Shown here one piece after another: positions 1 to 12,920 of a DNA stretch of 64,000 nucleotides (its first letter is position 1; each line of letters opens with the position of its first letter). The notes under the pieces were generated by a model, which had not been told where the DNA came from, ran no database searches, and saw only the letters and a list, made by a program, of their open reading frames with translations. The stretch is from Eledone cirrhosa (Eukaryota). The stretch lies in assembly GCA_964016885.1 (NCBI GenBank), contig OZ024740.1:355012001-355076000 (forward strand), written 5' to 3'. A program made the translations under genes and the position numbers.

Positions 1-1243
1 GGTAAAAGAGTGAATGTGTATATATATGTTATGTATGTATATATATGTATATAACATATAACATAGTGAAAAGACATATTAAAACATATCTTAATGCTAC
101 ATGTATCTACTTGAAACGGGTTATTTCTATAGAAACTTAGAAGCAACTTAATTTATTTCTTAGATTTGTGCTACCAGTGTTGGCATATGTGATTAGAAGA
201 GTACTTTACTGTTTGAGCGTTAGTCTGCCGCATGGTCCCAGCAGACAGAAGGGCAATGTTGGCTTGGAGGATGGTGAGGGGGAAGCACTGGAACAACCAC
301 TCTAACTCATGTGCCATACTCATGTGGGTAGCTAACTCCAAGCTCATTGTAGGGATCTGGTGTATGGGCCAAGAATGCCAGTTAGCAAGCTCCCATATAA
401 TATAGTATTACAATTTTATTTCATAGCTTTTGTGTTGGAAAATTTTCAACATTCTAGAATAAATATTCCCCCTTTTTTTTCTTTTTGTAATTGAAAAATA
501 ATATTTTTTTAGGATTGTATCTATTAATGGACATTTCTAAAATATTTCCGGAATCAATTCTGTTTTCTCATTACTTCATCTCATGTTATTCATTTCTATT
601 AGATTGGCTCTCATCTTTAAGTATTTAAGAGCTTCACTTCCTTCCCTGGCCCATTTTCCCATTCCAATTTGGTCTCTTTTGCTCTTTTCAATTAATTAGT
701 CAACACGGACAACATTACTCATTAGGAATGTGGCTTTGATGCAGAGAAATATGAAATGCACGCTTGATGAAGCATTCTCCGTTATTACAGAATTCAAGGG
801 CTGTTTTATGTAATACCATTTCTAGGATATAGATAAATTATTAGGTTAGATTTAATAAACTTCAGATAATAATCATACTCATGGTCTATATATTTAATTG
901 ATTACAAAGAGGGATTTTATGCCTGTTACTAATGAATTACACATTTTAAAATTGTTACTTTGCCTGAATAAATTCTGTGTGTGTATGTTTGTAAGTGTAT
1001 GCTATGAGCACATGCATGTTTTTGGAGTTTTACATTCAGTTTTCCATAATAGCTTAAGAGGTAGTTTTGTTTCATTGCGAATATGGATATTTGCTGATTG
1101 TTAACACTAATGATTTGATGGTTGGATACCATTTTTATGATTATCTACTCAATGGTAAAATAGGAGTAGAACTTCAGCTAGACTGAAGAAAGTAGGACTT
1201 TGTGCATTAAAAAGGAGTACAACACACATACATGCACACGCGT

Positions 1244-1275
<32 letters not shown>

Positions 1276-2734
1276 TCTCTCTCATGATTTTTGTTTGGAA
1301 AACATGTTCTTATAAAATCTATTGAGGAGTGCTCTGCATCTCCCATTTTCCTGCATAGTTAACATGAGCTTAAACTGTGCATCATGCTAATATTATGCAG
1401 GGCAGTAAAAGCATAGACATTAGAGCAGCAGACAAAACATAGAACCATTGAAGGATGGCCATTAGAGCACTGGAAAAAATGCATTTGGGGTATTTGTAAT
1501 TTCATCTTAATGTTCTGAGCTCAAACGGTTGACCATTTGACTATGGATCAGAATAAATAAGTGGATTCACTCCACCATACCACTTTCTTTATGAATTCAT
1601 AGCCCTGTGCCTCCCTATGTTTCTATGGTGTGTATTCCAGGTGTACAATCAATGGAACCACCCACTCATGTAATTAATGTGCAAGTGGCTGAGCATTCTA
1701 CAAATACACACATTCTTAACATAATTTTCAGAGAGATTCAGCATAATGTTGTGTGTGTGACAAAACTGGCCCTTTGAATTACATATATAGTCGATCCATT
1801 AGGCTATCAAACAGTCTCCATCTACCTAATTTCATTAACAAAGTTTGGATGGACCTGAGGCAATGGTAAATGACATTTACCTGTGATGTGCTCACAAGGA
1901 TTGAGCTGTAGATTTACTTAGGTTTTGCCATCACAGACAAATTAGTAGACTGATATTGTTGATATGCACTAATGTTGTATATCTATGTAACTACTTAATG
2001 ATTATATGTTCTAAATCTTGGGCATATTACTTGTTTCCTCTTTTTGTATGTTTATTTTTGTTTATTGAAACTTCTTATTAGTTTTAGATTGATTAAAATA
2101 TTTACATTGCTATTTTTGTCTTTAACTCTTAAGATCCTATAATGATTGAGCAGAAAATGTGGTTTTTTAATTCAAATATTTGTTGAACCTTTATTAATAG
2201 ACAGAAAATTTGCATTATTAAAGTAAAGACACTAATTTGTAATGAATGTGATGCAGTCATAGTGCTGTTTTATACATTTCAAGAATGCTTTGCTAATGTG
2301 GTTTCATGTCGTACAGGATGTTAAAAGTTAAACCAAACAGCTGTGTGTCAGAAGCAGAGACAAATTCATGCAAGGTCATTATTGACATATGATATTAAAG
2401 GAACTTACCCTGTTTGGAATGGCTATTTAACAGCATTTAGCACAATAAGAAATGTGTTAGTAGTAGTAGTAGTAGTGATGGAAGTTTCTAATTTAGGCTC
2501 AAGGCCAACAATTTTGGGGAAAGAGGAAAGTTGATTATATTGACCCTAGTACCAAACTGGTACTATATTTTCTTTACCTCAGAAAGATGAAAGGCAAAGT
2601 TGACCTTGGCTGGATTTGAACTCAGAATGCAAAGGGTCAGATCAAATGCTGCAAAACATTTTGTCCAATACTAATAATAATAGTATTGATTTCTAACATA
2701 AGAAAAGGTTGGAAATAGTTTGGGAGCTATCTCT

Positions 2735-3180
2735 GTTGACAGCAAAGTATGATGATTTTGTGAGATGTGTAGAGTTGCATAGCAGTGACACATGAGCAGT
2801 AAATACAGAGGATATGCAGTGGGTGGAGAGAAATGAAATGAGTATGTTCCATTAAATGTTTAATGCATGAATGATGGTGTTTGGATGAAGTGAGAGAAAG
2901 ATTGGATATAAAAGAAATCAGTTGTAATGTGCAAAGGAGAAGACTGCTCTGGCATGGACATGTGATGTATATGGGTGAAGAAATGCCAGGAGAGGACATT
3001 AGAAGAAAGCTGTAGTAGAGAAAGACTGAGGAAAACCTGGTTAAAGGTAATTAGACCCGATCTCAAAACACTCAACTTAACTGAGTAGATGACCAAGGAA
3101 TACAAGTATGGGTAGGCTATGCTGGCAAGGACATAGCCAACCTAGGCAAGCATGGAAAAACAGACATAAAATGATGACGA
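2735..3180 (+). mobile_element. Decayed RTE 3' fragment
   Basis: AGAAGACTGCTCTGGCATGGACATGTGATG (RRLxWxGHV) and GCAAGCATGGAAAA...ATGATGA end. Similar relics at ~27300-27835, ~32115-32380 and ~46150-46945. Confidence 0.75.
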
Positions 3181-3519
3181 GGATGTGTGTGTCTGTGTGT
3201 GTGAGATTAGATTTTAGTTGGTCCAATTATCACTGCATTATTAACAATTACTATGAAATACACCAATTCACACACACAAGTATCTGGAATCCAGAGAGAT
3301 TAATAGTGCTCTACCTCAGCAAAAAATTTATATATTGGCTATGTGTAAAGTTATCTAAAAATGTGCGTGATTGGGAGAACAGCTTTTGATCTTTCAGATA
3401 AAATCATTCTTCTGGCAGTGGGAAATGTTTTTACTCACCCTCAGTCTTTACTCTCATGGACATTGTCTGAAAGTTCAGAAATTCCTCTCTAAACATCATA
3501 CAAAGTTATGAAACTCTCT

Positions 3520-3622
3520 ATACACTGGTCTGTTGGAGACGCAGGATATGGCAACGATAATGAGGGACAGAGACCGCTGGAGAGAACTCGTCCATGGATC
3601 TCGGGAATTTTACTCGCCTTAG
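3520..3622 (+). mobile_element. 3' end of another LINE family, ending in (TA)n
   Basis: ATGAGGGACAGAGACCGCTGGAGAGAACTCGTCCATGG (MRDRDRWRELVH); reverse-oriented relative at 22366-22442, also next to (TA)n. Confidence 0.65.
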
Positions 3623-4523
3623 ATATATATACATATATACATATACACACATGAGGTTGACAGACATGGGAATTAGTACTCAATACCGAAGTAGAATTAA
3701 ATATTCTTTATTATGGCTAAAGGATGAGTATTGTTACTCTGAAGTTTCACCTGTGTACTGACAGGATCATCTGATGTATGTCTTGTCTGAATATATATAT
3801 ATAGAGAGAGAGGGAGAGAGAGAGGTATAATCCTGACTGCGGTGCCAAGTGGTTTCGGCTTATATGTACAAGTGATCAGGATTGTACCTATCTCTATACC
3901 TACTCTGCATCTTTACATGCATTGAGTACTCACATGATTTATGGTCTCCTCGGCCTCAGCACTGCAGACTCTCTCTATATATAGTGTAACCTAGATATGC
4001 CCTACCATTTTGGCATCAAAATGGTTTAAGCTAGATATGCCACACCATTTTGGCATCAAAATGGTTTAAGCTTGACTGTTGGGCATTTCAAAATTAGGCT
4101 TATTTAGTGACATTTTCTCAACCTATCTATCTATCTCTGTCTGAACTTGCCACTCTCTCTCTCTCTCCTCCCCTCTCTTTCATTAAAAATGAATTCATAA
4201 TTTGCAGTTAGTGTTGCTAAAATTTTATGACAATAATCTAAGAAATGTTATTTGCTATAATCCAGCCCTTGAATATTCTTACACACACACAGTGTGTCTG
4301 AGTGAGTGTACTTTTGTAAACCATGCCTACATGGCTTATGTAGTATTTTGTTTATTTTTAAATACGTTCTTTTATTTTTCTGGTATTTTTTGTATTTGCT
4401 GCTGGAAACTGGTATAAGTATAAATATAGAATATTTTTATGCTGCCCTTACATTAACCATATTTCTATGTTCTTTATAATGACTTTGGGTAGTTCATAGA
4501 TTTCACAACATGCAGACACAAAG

Positions 4524-4524
4524 A

Positions 4525-4583
<59 letters not shown>

Positions 4584-4694
4584 ATTTATATATGTGTATA
4601 TATATATGTGTGTGTATATATATGTATGTATGTAAGTATGTATATTTATGCGTGTGTGTACATATATATGTATGCATATATATATATATATGTA

Positions 4695-4736
<42 letters not shown>

Positions 4737-4745
4737 TACATACAT

Positions 4746-4798
<53 letters not shown>

Positions 4799-4810
4799 TG
4801 TATGTATATT
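4524..4810. repeat. Compound (TG)n/(TA)n microsatellite
   Basis: Direct reading. Similar tracts at 5083-5161, 5850-6016, 8276-8335, 16355-16490, 21745-21880, 36166-36219, 45933-45972. Confidence 0.97.
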
Positions 4811-5076
4811 GTGGGATTCTGCAATAAAAGGAGGCATGTCAGCAAGATTATGTTGAATTGACTTTTATTTAAATAAGATACTAACATGAATGTTAGTACT
4901 GAAAATGTCACTGCATTGGTAGATAAATAATATGATAGATATTTGTTCAACAGCTTATATTGTTTTCACACTTAATGTTCCCTTCATCTAATACCAACTA
5001 CATGAACATGTTCTCATTAATAATTAACTCTTTGAGGATTTAAGCTACTAGATATACTTTCTTTAATTTTGCAACA

Positions 5077-5161
<85 letters not shown>

Positions 5162-5165
<4 letters not shown>

Positions 5166-5570
5166 TACTTTGGGAGGGTCATGCTGCCAATAAAAGCACA
5201 CACACATGTTGGTTTTCACTTCAATTTATTATAAATTTCCAGTTTGTTGGTTCAATAACCAGATGGTTCTTTGTCAAATCTCTTGTCATCACACATTCTG
5301 TGACCTTAGTGAGTGATTTCTTATCTTGTGTCTCTCTTTTGTTCTGTCCTACACCATCTTGTTTCTGTGTGTTGGACAGAACAAAGGAGAGACACAAAAT
5401 TAGAAATAAGTCACTGGGGAGGTTACACAATGTGTGATGAAAGAGCTTTGACAATATATAAACAATCATCTGGTTATTGAACCAAGCAACCAGAAATTTA
5501 TAATAAAATGAAGTGAAAACCAACAGGAGTGTGTGTTTTTATTGGCAGCTTGACTCTCACAAAGTATAAC
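5162..5570. repeat. Degenerate ~410-bp foldback adjacent to (TA)n
   Basis: GTTATACTTTG/CAAAGTATAAC ends; internal pairs such as TTGGTTCAATAACCAGATG/CATCTGGTTATTGAACCAA and TTTGTTCTGTCC/GGACAGAACAAA. Confidence 0.9.
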
Positions 5571-5976
5571 AATATCTGTTTCAACATACGTTTTCAGATA
5601 ATAAATCTTGCAAAACAAATTCAAAAACGAAGTATATATATATATTCATTTTTATTATAGAAATGAATCCTAGAGGACTGTTTCATTTGTAAGAAATCAT
5701 CGGGACTTTCCTGATGGTCTCTTACATATGAAACAGTCCTAGTCCTGTAAAAGTTATTTCTATAATAAAATTAATATACCTATACTCTACTAACGTATTG
5801 AGTGCCTTTTTTTACTGCAGTCTTGTCCCGATTTATGTCAAGATCCAACATATATGTGTGTGTGTTTGCGCGTGTGTGTATGTATGTGTGATTATATGTG
5901 TGCGTGTATATATGTATATATATATATATGTGTGTGCGTTTGTGTGTCTCTCTATATATATAATGTGTGTGTGTAT

Positions 5977-6018
<42 letters not shown>

Positions 6019-8030
6019 TTTGAGAACTGCAATTATTTTTGAATTCTTGAACTCTCATTTAAAGCTTCTTATTTTATGAGGAAAATAAATAAATATTGTG
6101 TAGAATCTTCTCTAGTTGTCTTTCTGAGATATTAATTTCTAAAATGTTCCAATTCTTTAAAATGTTCCAATTCTTTATTTATCATTATTATATAACATTT
6201 TTTAATGCTTGCATGGGTTGAACAAATCTTCTCTAGCACTGTGTCTCACCACTAATTACAATCTTTTGTCATCTCCTTCATTAACATTCTGTTTTCCTTG
6301 GGCTGTTTGATATATCAACCTACTATGACTAGGGAGCCCTATTTATTCTCCTCCTAGCTTTCATAATTCCTAAAATGGTCTTACAACATGCGTGTTCACA
6401 CTGTTGTTAGATAGTCATTGACTGTATGCTGCATTCATCCATCTTCTTGACAAGTCCTTTTTTTTTCTGTACTAGAGGATTTCTAGCAGCCCACCTAATT
6501 AGGCTAGTCAGGTGTGGTGCTGTTTTAGTCATGAAGCTCTCCACTGTTACTAGTAGCACTCTAAGCCACCTGACACAAGTTTGTTGCAAAACATTAACAG
6601 ACCACTTTAACTTTTTTGATACCAAACCACCCTGGATTTATGATATAAAACTTACTAATTTTAAAATGTCTATCCTTATATTGAAACTTTCATCATAATT
6701 TTATTTTAGATATTTTTCTTCAGTAATGTTCTAAGTATCAGTTTATTAATGAAAAACTATTTTTAATTAAATTTTATAAAATTCCTTTAAATATTTGCTT
6801 ATTTTTAAAATTAATTGCAACACATAGGCAGTGTATTTCGTTAGAAATATGATAATGAAAAGGGTAAGCTTCTTTCCATGCTATACATGGCAGTTAGTTT
6901 CTTTTCTGCTTACCAGATGTTCCTTACCCCACTCACTTTCTTCTAATTTTTTTAGTGCCATTTCATAGGTTTATAGCTCTCTCTCTCTATTGTACACTTC
7001 CACTGCCACATTGTCTTTTGTCTTGCTGGAAGTTTGGTCTATTAACCTATCAGACCTGTAGCTTACAGATGTTTGTATCACAGAAACTCCCAATTGGCCT
7101 CTATGTTATAACTCCTTAACTCCTTGTTATACATGTTAACTAGTACTTCTTTAAACCTACATCTAGCTGCAGGATTTTTCCGCTTCCTTACCTTCATTTT
7201 CCAGATTGTCATGTGTCTGTCTATCTCTTGCACTGATGTCACAAATCACTAGTCTATATTGGGCAGTACATTTTACACTGGGGAAAGACTATTCACAATA
7301 TTCACAATCTTGTTTTCTGGTGAGCATGAAGTCTACCTGACTTGTGTGATCACCTGATTGTTAGGTGATTTGTAGTAATTTTAAACTTGGTACCTATTTA
7401 AAAATCAAAATTTACATAGATTTTTTTTTTTTTTTTTTTTTTTTTTAACTAATTGAAACTGGAAACAAGCAACAAAAAAATATTTTTCTTCTTTTATTTA
7501 AACTAATTGCTTGTGAAATTTTCTGAAATAACTGCTGGTAGCAAGGTATAAATCATCGTTCTGAAAAGAAAAATTATATACCAAGATTAATTCTTCTCTT
7601 GTGTTTGTGGATATTGCCAGAAAATGTTCTTTATCTTGTAATTGCAGTGTTATTTACTGAAATCAGGTCTGTTTCTTTCTATTTAACGTTTGTTGAATAG
7701 CTAGTTTCAAATTTTAATTCTATCTCAAGTAGATTTAGAATGGATGATTTACCTTGATATCACAAATTTGTTGCATTTTAAAACCATTGTGAAATTATTT
7801 TTCTTAATAGAATGTTAAGTGAAATGACCACCTCCCTGCCTTTTTTTCTTCTTCAAAATATGTAAACTTTAACCCAAATTTCAGTAACCCCATATTAATA
7901 TAAAATTTTATGTTCTTGAACTAACCTGTTTTTCATGATACTGTTTCATTAACTTACTTTTAATTTTACTGTTTTATTTACTTATTTTTTTTATTCATGT
8001 TTAATCTTTTTGTTCTCCCTTGAACACCAG

Positions 8031-8120
8031 GCCAGAGGCATTATTCTTTTCATAATCCTAACCCCAAACATGTGGAACGTTTTTCCTCTCTCAATATGAA
8101 AAGACCAAATCGTAATGAAG
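8031..8120 (+). CDS. FAM135A: Candidate internal coding exon of the FAM135-family gene (GQRHYSFHNPNPKHVERFSSLNMKRPNRNEG)
   Basis: Long polypyrimidine tract ending CCAG, 90-nt open frame, donor GAAG|GTATAT; phase 1-1, compatible with the phase-1 start of the 17059 exon. No recognisable homology (variable middle region). Confidence 0.55.
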
Positions 8121-8271
8121 GTATATAATATTCTCGCAGCATATTGATCTCTTTTAGAGGAAAAGTAAAACTACTTTTCAAGATTCCTCTTGAAACCCAA
8201 CTAATCTCTACACCACGTAATCTGCAGGATTAGAATAGTGTGTCTATATAGTGTACTTCAAAATAATGTAG

Positions 8272-8339
<68 letters not shown>

Positions 8340-9646
8340 TAACTGCAAAGCTATTTCACTAGCTTGAGGGCCAGGAGTTTTGAGCTTTATGCACTCTTCA
8401 AATATTACACAAGTTTGAAAAGTGCATTAAGCATAAAACTCCTGGCCCTCAAGTCACAGTTCTAGCTTCAGTGCTATGAAGTTATAGATCACTTTACCCA
8501 TGTGTTGAGCTTTTTGTTCACATTTGCACACTCAAACCTATACACACACGCACACACATATATGTATACTCACATATAATGTTATTTATTATAGTTAGTA
8601 TGTATTTGAGTGGATATGTGTATATATATATATATATATATAAGTAAAAGGTAAACAGAAATAACAAAACAAACAGTATAGAAGGAATATATTAGTTTAA
8701 TGCTTGAAATAGCAGGAAGAGTGTCTTAACGTTTCGGGCGTTAGTCATTCATTAGAAGAAAGAATGAGAAATTAGAAAAATTGAGGGATGGGCAGGGCTG
8801 AACCGGAAAATTTTTTTAGAGAAAAATAACAGGCCCATTGATCTTGCCATCTATATATATATTAATTGGCGGTGGTGATGATGATGATATATATATCTAC
8901 TTGTATCTAGTCACACAAACAAAATTAGAAATATAGTAATTCGTTTTCAAAAGCATTTGAATTTAAGTATTTTAAATCTTATTATTTTAAGTAGTTGTGC
9001 TTCAGAATTGCATGATTCCCTGAAAACTATTTCTTTAAATCTTAACAGCTTTAATGATTTAGCAGAATGTATCTAAACATGGGTTTGGTAATTCAAATGT
9101 ATATAGTATCTTTACTAGTAGACAGATAATTGTGAAACATTACAGCAATAAAGTAATGACTTATGTGATGTAGCTATAGTGCTGTTTTGTTTATGTGGTT
9201 TCACAAGGCACAAGACACTAAGAGTTAAATACACAGTTTAACCAATTGTCTAAAAGTTCTAAATATTTTGATACAGCAATTATTTTCCCCTTTTCCTCTA
9301 TATGGTTGACTTTTATTTAAAATGTGTTCCTACAATAGTCATTCATTTATATTTGATCACAAAAAAATTGAATAATTACTATAACTCTGAGGGTGGGCTA
9401 GTTAAAAATATTTTATTTGATTCAAGTGAAATTACAGTTTGTCAAGATTATCTTCTAAATTACAATCCAATCAACTGCTTAACTAGAGAATCCAATTTCA
9501 ATTTATGTTGTATTGAATAAAAAGAAAAAAACTATAACTTCTCTCTAAATGTGTGTGTGTAGTAAGTTCCGTAAGCTTTAGTGGCATCACTGAAGGCTTT
9601 CTGTTCATATGGTGTATCTAGAGCAAGACATCTAACTTAGCAATTA

Positions 9647-9702
<56 letters not shown>

Positions 9703-9704
<2 letters not shown>

Positions 9705-11439
9705 CATCATCATCATCATCATCAACGTTTAACGTCCGTGTTCCACGCTTGCATGGGTTTGGACGGGGGTAGTCCCACTTGAGGCAAGAGTGATTGTCTT
9801 GCTCGCATAGGACTGTCTGGCAGGTTTTCTACAGTTAGATGCCCTTCCTAACACCAACCACATTTACAGTGTGGGTCTGGGAGGTTTTTACCGTGTTGCC
9901 TACACGGCCACATTACAGCGTGGACTGTGTGTTTTTTTGTCGTGACACCTACACGATCTCATTTGTTTCGGCCTGGATGGCGCGGCACCAACATGACTTT
10001 ACATAGAACGGGGTGGTGTGGATGGGGTGGGGGTGGCGGCGGGAGGGGTGTATTTTGTTAGAGATGCCTACTGGCAAGGCGGGTCTTCTCTGTTACTGAG
10101 TACCGCCAAAGGTCACGGTCCAGTGACATTGTCTTGGAGAGGTGTAAGTGTGTGAGGTCGGAGTTTATCAGCTCATCCCATGTTTTTCTAGGTCTGCCTA
10201 TTCCGTGGCTACCGTCTATCTTTATTGCCCTGCACTTTGTAATACAGCTATCGACTTTCATGCGCATCACGTGTCCATACCAACGCAGCCTTCTCTCGAG
10301 TAAACAACATCTGATCCCTCTTATCTCTAATTTTTTCCTTAGTTCGTTTATGCTTTGCCGTTCACGTATATTACTGTTACACATCCAGCGGAGCATGCAA
10401 GCTTCGTTCCTCTCTAGTCTGCGTATATCCTCTGCACACAATGCCCAGGTCTCACTACCATGCAACATTGCTGTTCGTATGCAGGCATCGTACAACCTGC
10501 CTTTCATTTTTAGGGAGAACCCTTTAGCAGCTAATAGTGGTATAAGCTCTCTGAACTTTTTCCAACCAGTTCTGACTCTAGCTACAGTGCTTTCAGAGCA
10601 CCCTCCCCCACTGCTGATTTTATCGCCCAGGTAACGGAAGCTGTCCACTATTTCTATAGAACCCTCTGCGCAATTGAAAGAGCTAGTATTTTGTGGGCAC
10701 TTGCTGCTACTTATTGCACCAGAACACCGGCCACATGTAAAGTCTATGTTCTTAGTTAGCTTACCTGTGATCCCACTACATCTTTTATGCACCCATACTT
10801 TGCATTTAGGACATAAGATGGAGTTTCTACCTACGCCTTTCCTACATACCGAGCACGACCATTTCCCAGAAGGGACCGCCGCCTTGTTTTCTTTCCTACA
10901 AACTAGAACTTTGGTCTTAGCCAGGTTAATTTTAAGTCCTTTTGACTCTAGGCCGTGCTTCCATGTTTGGAATTTCTTCTCTAGCTCGGCCATTGATTCC
11001 GCTATGAGTGTCAGGTCGTCTGCGTATAGGAGTTCCCATGGGCAGCCTGTCTTGAACTCCTCTGTTATAGCCTGAAGGGCAATAATAAATAGTAGGGGGC
11101 TGAGAACAGAGCCCTGATGGACGCCAACTTTTACGCTAAACTCTTCACTATATTCGTTGTTAATTCTAACCTTGCTGACTGTTTCTTTATACATGGCTTG
11201 TATAGCCCTCACAAGCCATTCGTCAACGCCTAGTTTTCTAAGAGCCCACCAGATAATGGAGCGGGGGACTCTGTCGAAGGCTTTCTCCAGGTCGACAAAA
11301 GCTAAGTAGAGGGGTTTACCTTTAGCTAGGTACTTCTCCTGTAGTTGTCGTACTATGAAAAGAGCGTCTGTGGTGCTTTTGCCTGACACAAACCCGAACT
11401 GCATTTCATCTAGATCAATTCTCTCTCTGATTAGTTGCG

Positions 11440-11442
<3 letters not shown>
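9703..11442 (-). mobile_element. 5'-truncated young copy of the same RTE LINE (RT-PHD-C-terminus, ORF 10058..11404)
   Basis: Protein nearly identical to the C-terminal part of the 1076-aa ORF; (CAT)n tail at 9703; a ~28-nt deletion removes the normal stop; flanked by (TA)n on both sides. Confidence 0.95.
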
Positions 11443-11469
<27 letters not shown>

Positions 11470-11476
<7 letters not shown>

Positions 11477-12123
11477 GAAATAAGAGGGATCAGATGTTGT
11501 TTACTCGAGAGAAGGCTACGTTGGTATGGACACGTGATGCGCATGAAAGTCGATAGCTGTATAACAAAGTGCAGGGCAATAAAGATAGACGGTAGCCACG
11601 GAATAGGCAGACCTAGAAAAACCTGGGACGAGCTGATAAACTCCGACCTCACACACTTACACCTCTCCAAGACAATGTCACTGGACCGAGACCTTTGGTG
11701 GTACTCAGTAATAGAGAAGACCCGGCTTACCTAAATACATAGTAAAACCTACTACAGTCAGTAGGCATCTCTAACAAAATACATCCCCATCCCACCACCC
11801 CCACCCCATCCACACCGCCCCCTTCTATGTAAAGTTATGTTGGTGCCACACCATCCAGGCCGAAACAAATGAGATCGTGTAGGTGTCACAACAAAAAAAA
11901 ACACACAGTCCACGCTGTAATGTGGCCATGTAGGCAACACGGTAAAAACCTCCCCGACCCACACTGTAAATGTGGTTGGTGTTTGGAAGGGCATCCAACT
12001 GTAGAAAACCTGCCAGACAGTCCTATGCGAGCAAGACAATCACTCTTGCCTCAAGTGGGAAAACCCCCGTCCAAACCCATGCAAGCGTGGAACACGGACG
12101 TTAAACGTTGATGATGATGATGA
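11470..12123 (+). mobile_element. Short 3' fragment of the same RTE LINE, opposite orientation
   Basis: KLEIRGIRCC...EKTRLT*, then the 3'UTR and (GAT)n tail; begins directly after (TA)n. Confidence 0.95.
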
Positions 12124-12724
12124 AGGTGTTGGTGCCGTGATAAAATGTACTTAGGACACTTTATAAAGTGATAGTACTGGTGCCACAATAAAATGCACCC
12201 AATACATTCTGTACAATGGTTGGCACTAGGAAGGGTATTCAGCAGAGAAGAAACTATAAAAATATGGAACATGAGAAAAACATTGTTATCCAGCCATGTG
12301 GTTGCAAAGTGAACTTCTTAACCTCACAGCCAATCCTGCCCCTTTATACATATATATAATTCTGGCTCTGCACTTTTTCAAATCCTGCCAAGGCTAATTT
12401 TTGCCTGTCATCCTTTCTGTAAATAAAGGACCAGCTCGGTACTAGGGTTAATTTATAATGTCATTCACTCTTTTGGGGAAAAAAATTCTGCTGTGGTCAA
12501 ACAGAAAGGGAGAGGTGCTTCCAGATTTAAATTGTCCAAGACATACCAAATAATGGTGCTCCTATGTCTCCATTAGGAATTATGGGAATATTAGCAAAGA
12601 CTGTACTGTACTCCTAACATTGAAGGTAATTGACTTTGAGCTATGGCTTAGTTAATCCAGTTCAATTATATCTCATAGTAATTATTTGTCAATGACAAAA
12701 TAATATTTATTATTACTAAAACAC

Positions 12725-12920
12725 AGGCAGTGAATTGGCAGTATTGGTAGAGGATCGAAGGCCATGCTTTACAGCATAGTTAAGTCCCTTTACGTTCTGA
12801 GTTCAAATCCCACCAAGGAATTAACTTTGCCTTTCATCCTTACGGGGTCGATAAAATAAAAGTACCAGTAACGTATTGGGATAATTACTGTCCTTGTGCC
12901 AAAAGTAGAAACAATTATTA
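12725..12920 (+). mobile_element. SINE copy (same family as 24346)
   Basis: Same A/B boxes, core and 3' end. Confidence 0.85.

Noticed and set aside
212-395. GC-richer segment with a hairpin followed by CTAA on the minus strand, suggestive of HDV ribozyme P4/J4-2
   Set aside because: P1, P3 and P1.1 could not be assigned with correct spacing; probably a transposon fragment.
700-810. Short open frame after a pyrimidine tract (STRTTLLIRNVALM...)
   Set aside because: Weak splice signals, phase incompatible with the 8031 candidate, and no match to the FAM135 N-terminus.
3991-4072. 41-bp tandem duplication
   Set aside because: Two copies only; an ordinary local duplication with no further structure.
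4474-6079. Many [12 protein letters not shown] ORFs on both strands (also near 16250, 21060, 21720, 36900)
   Set aside because: Translations of (TA)n, (TG)n and (CA)n microsatellites; not genes.
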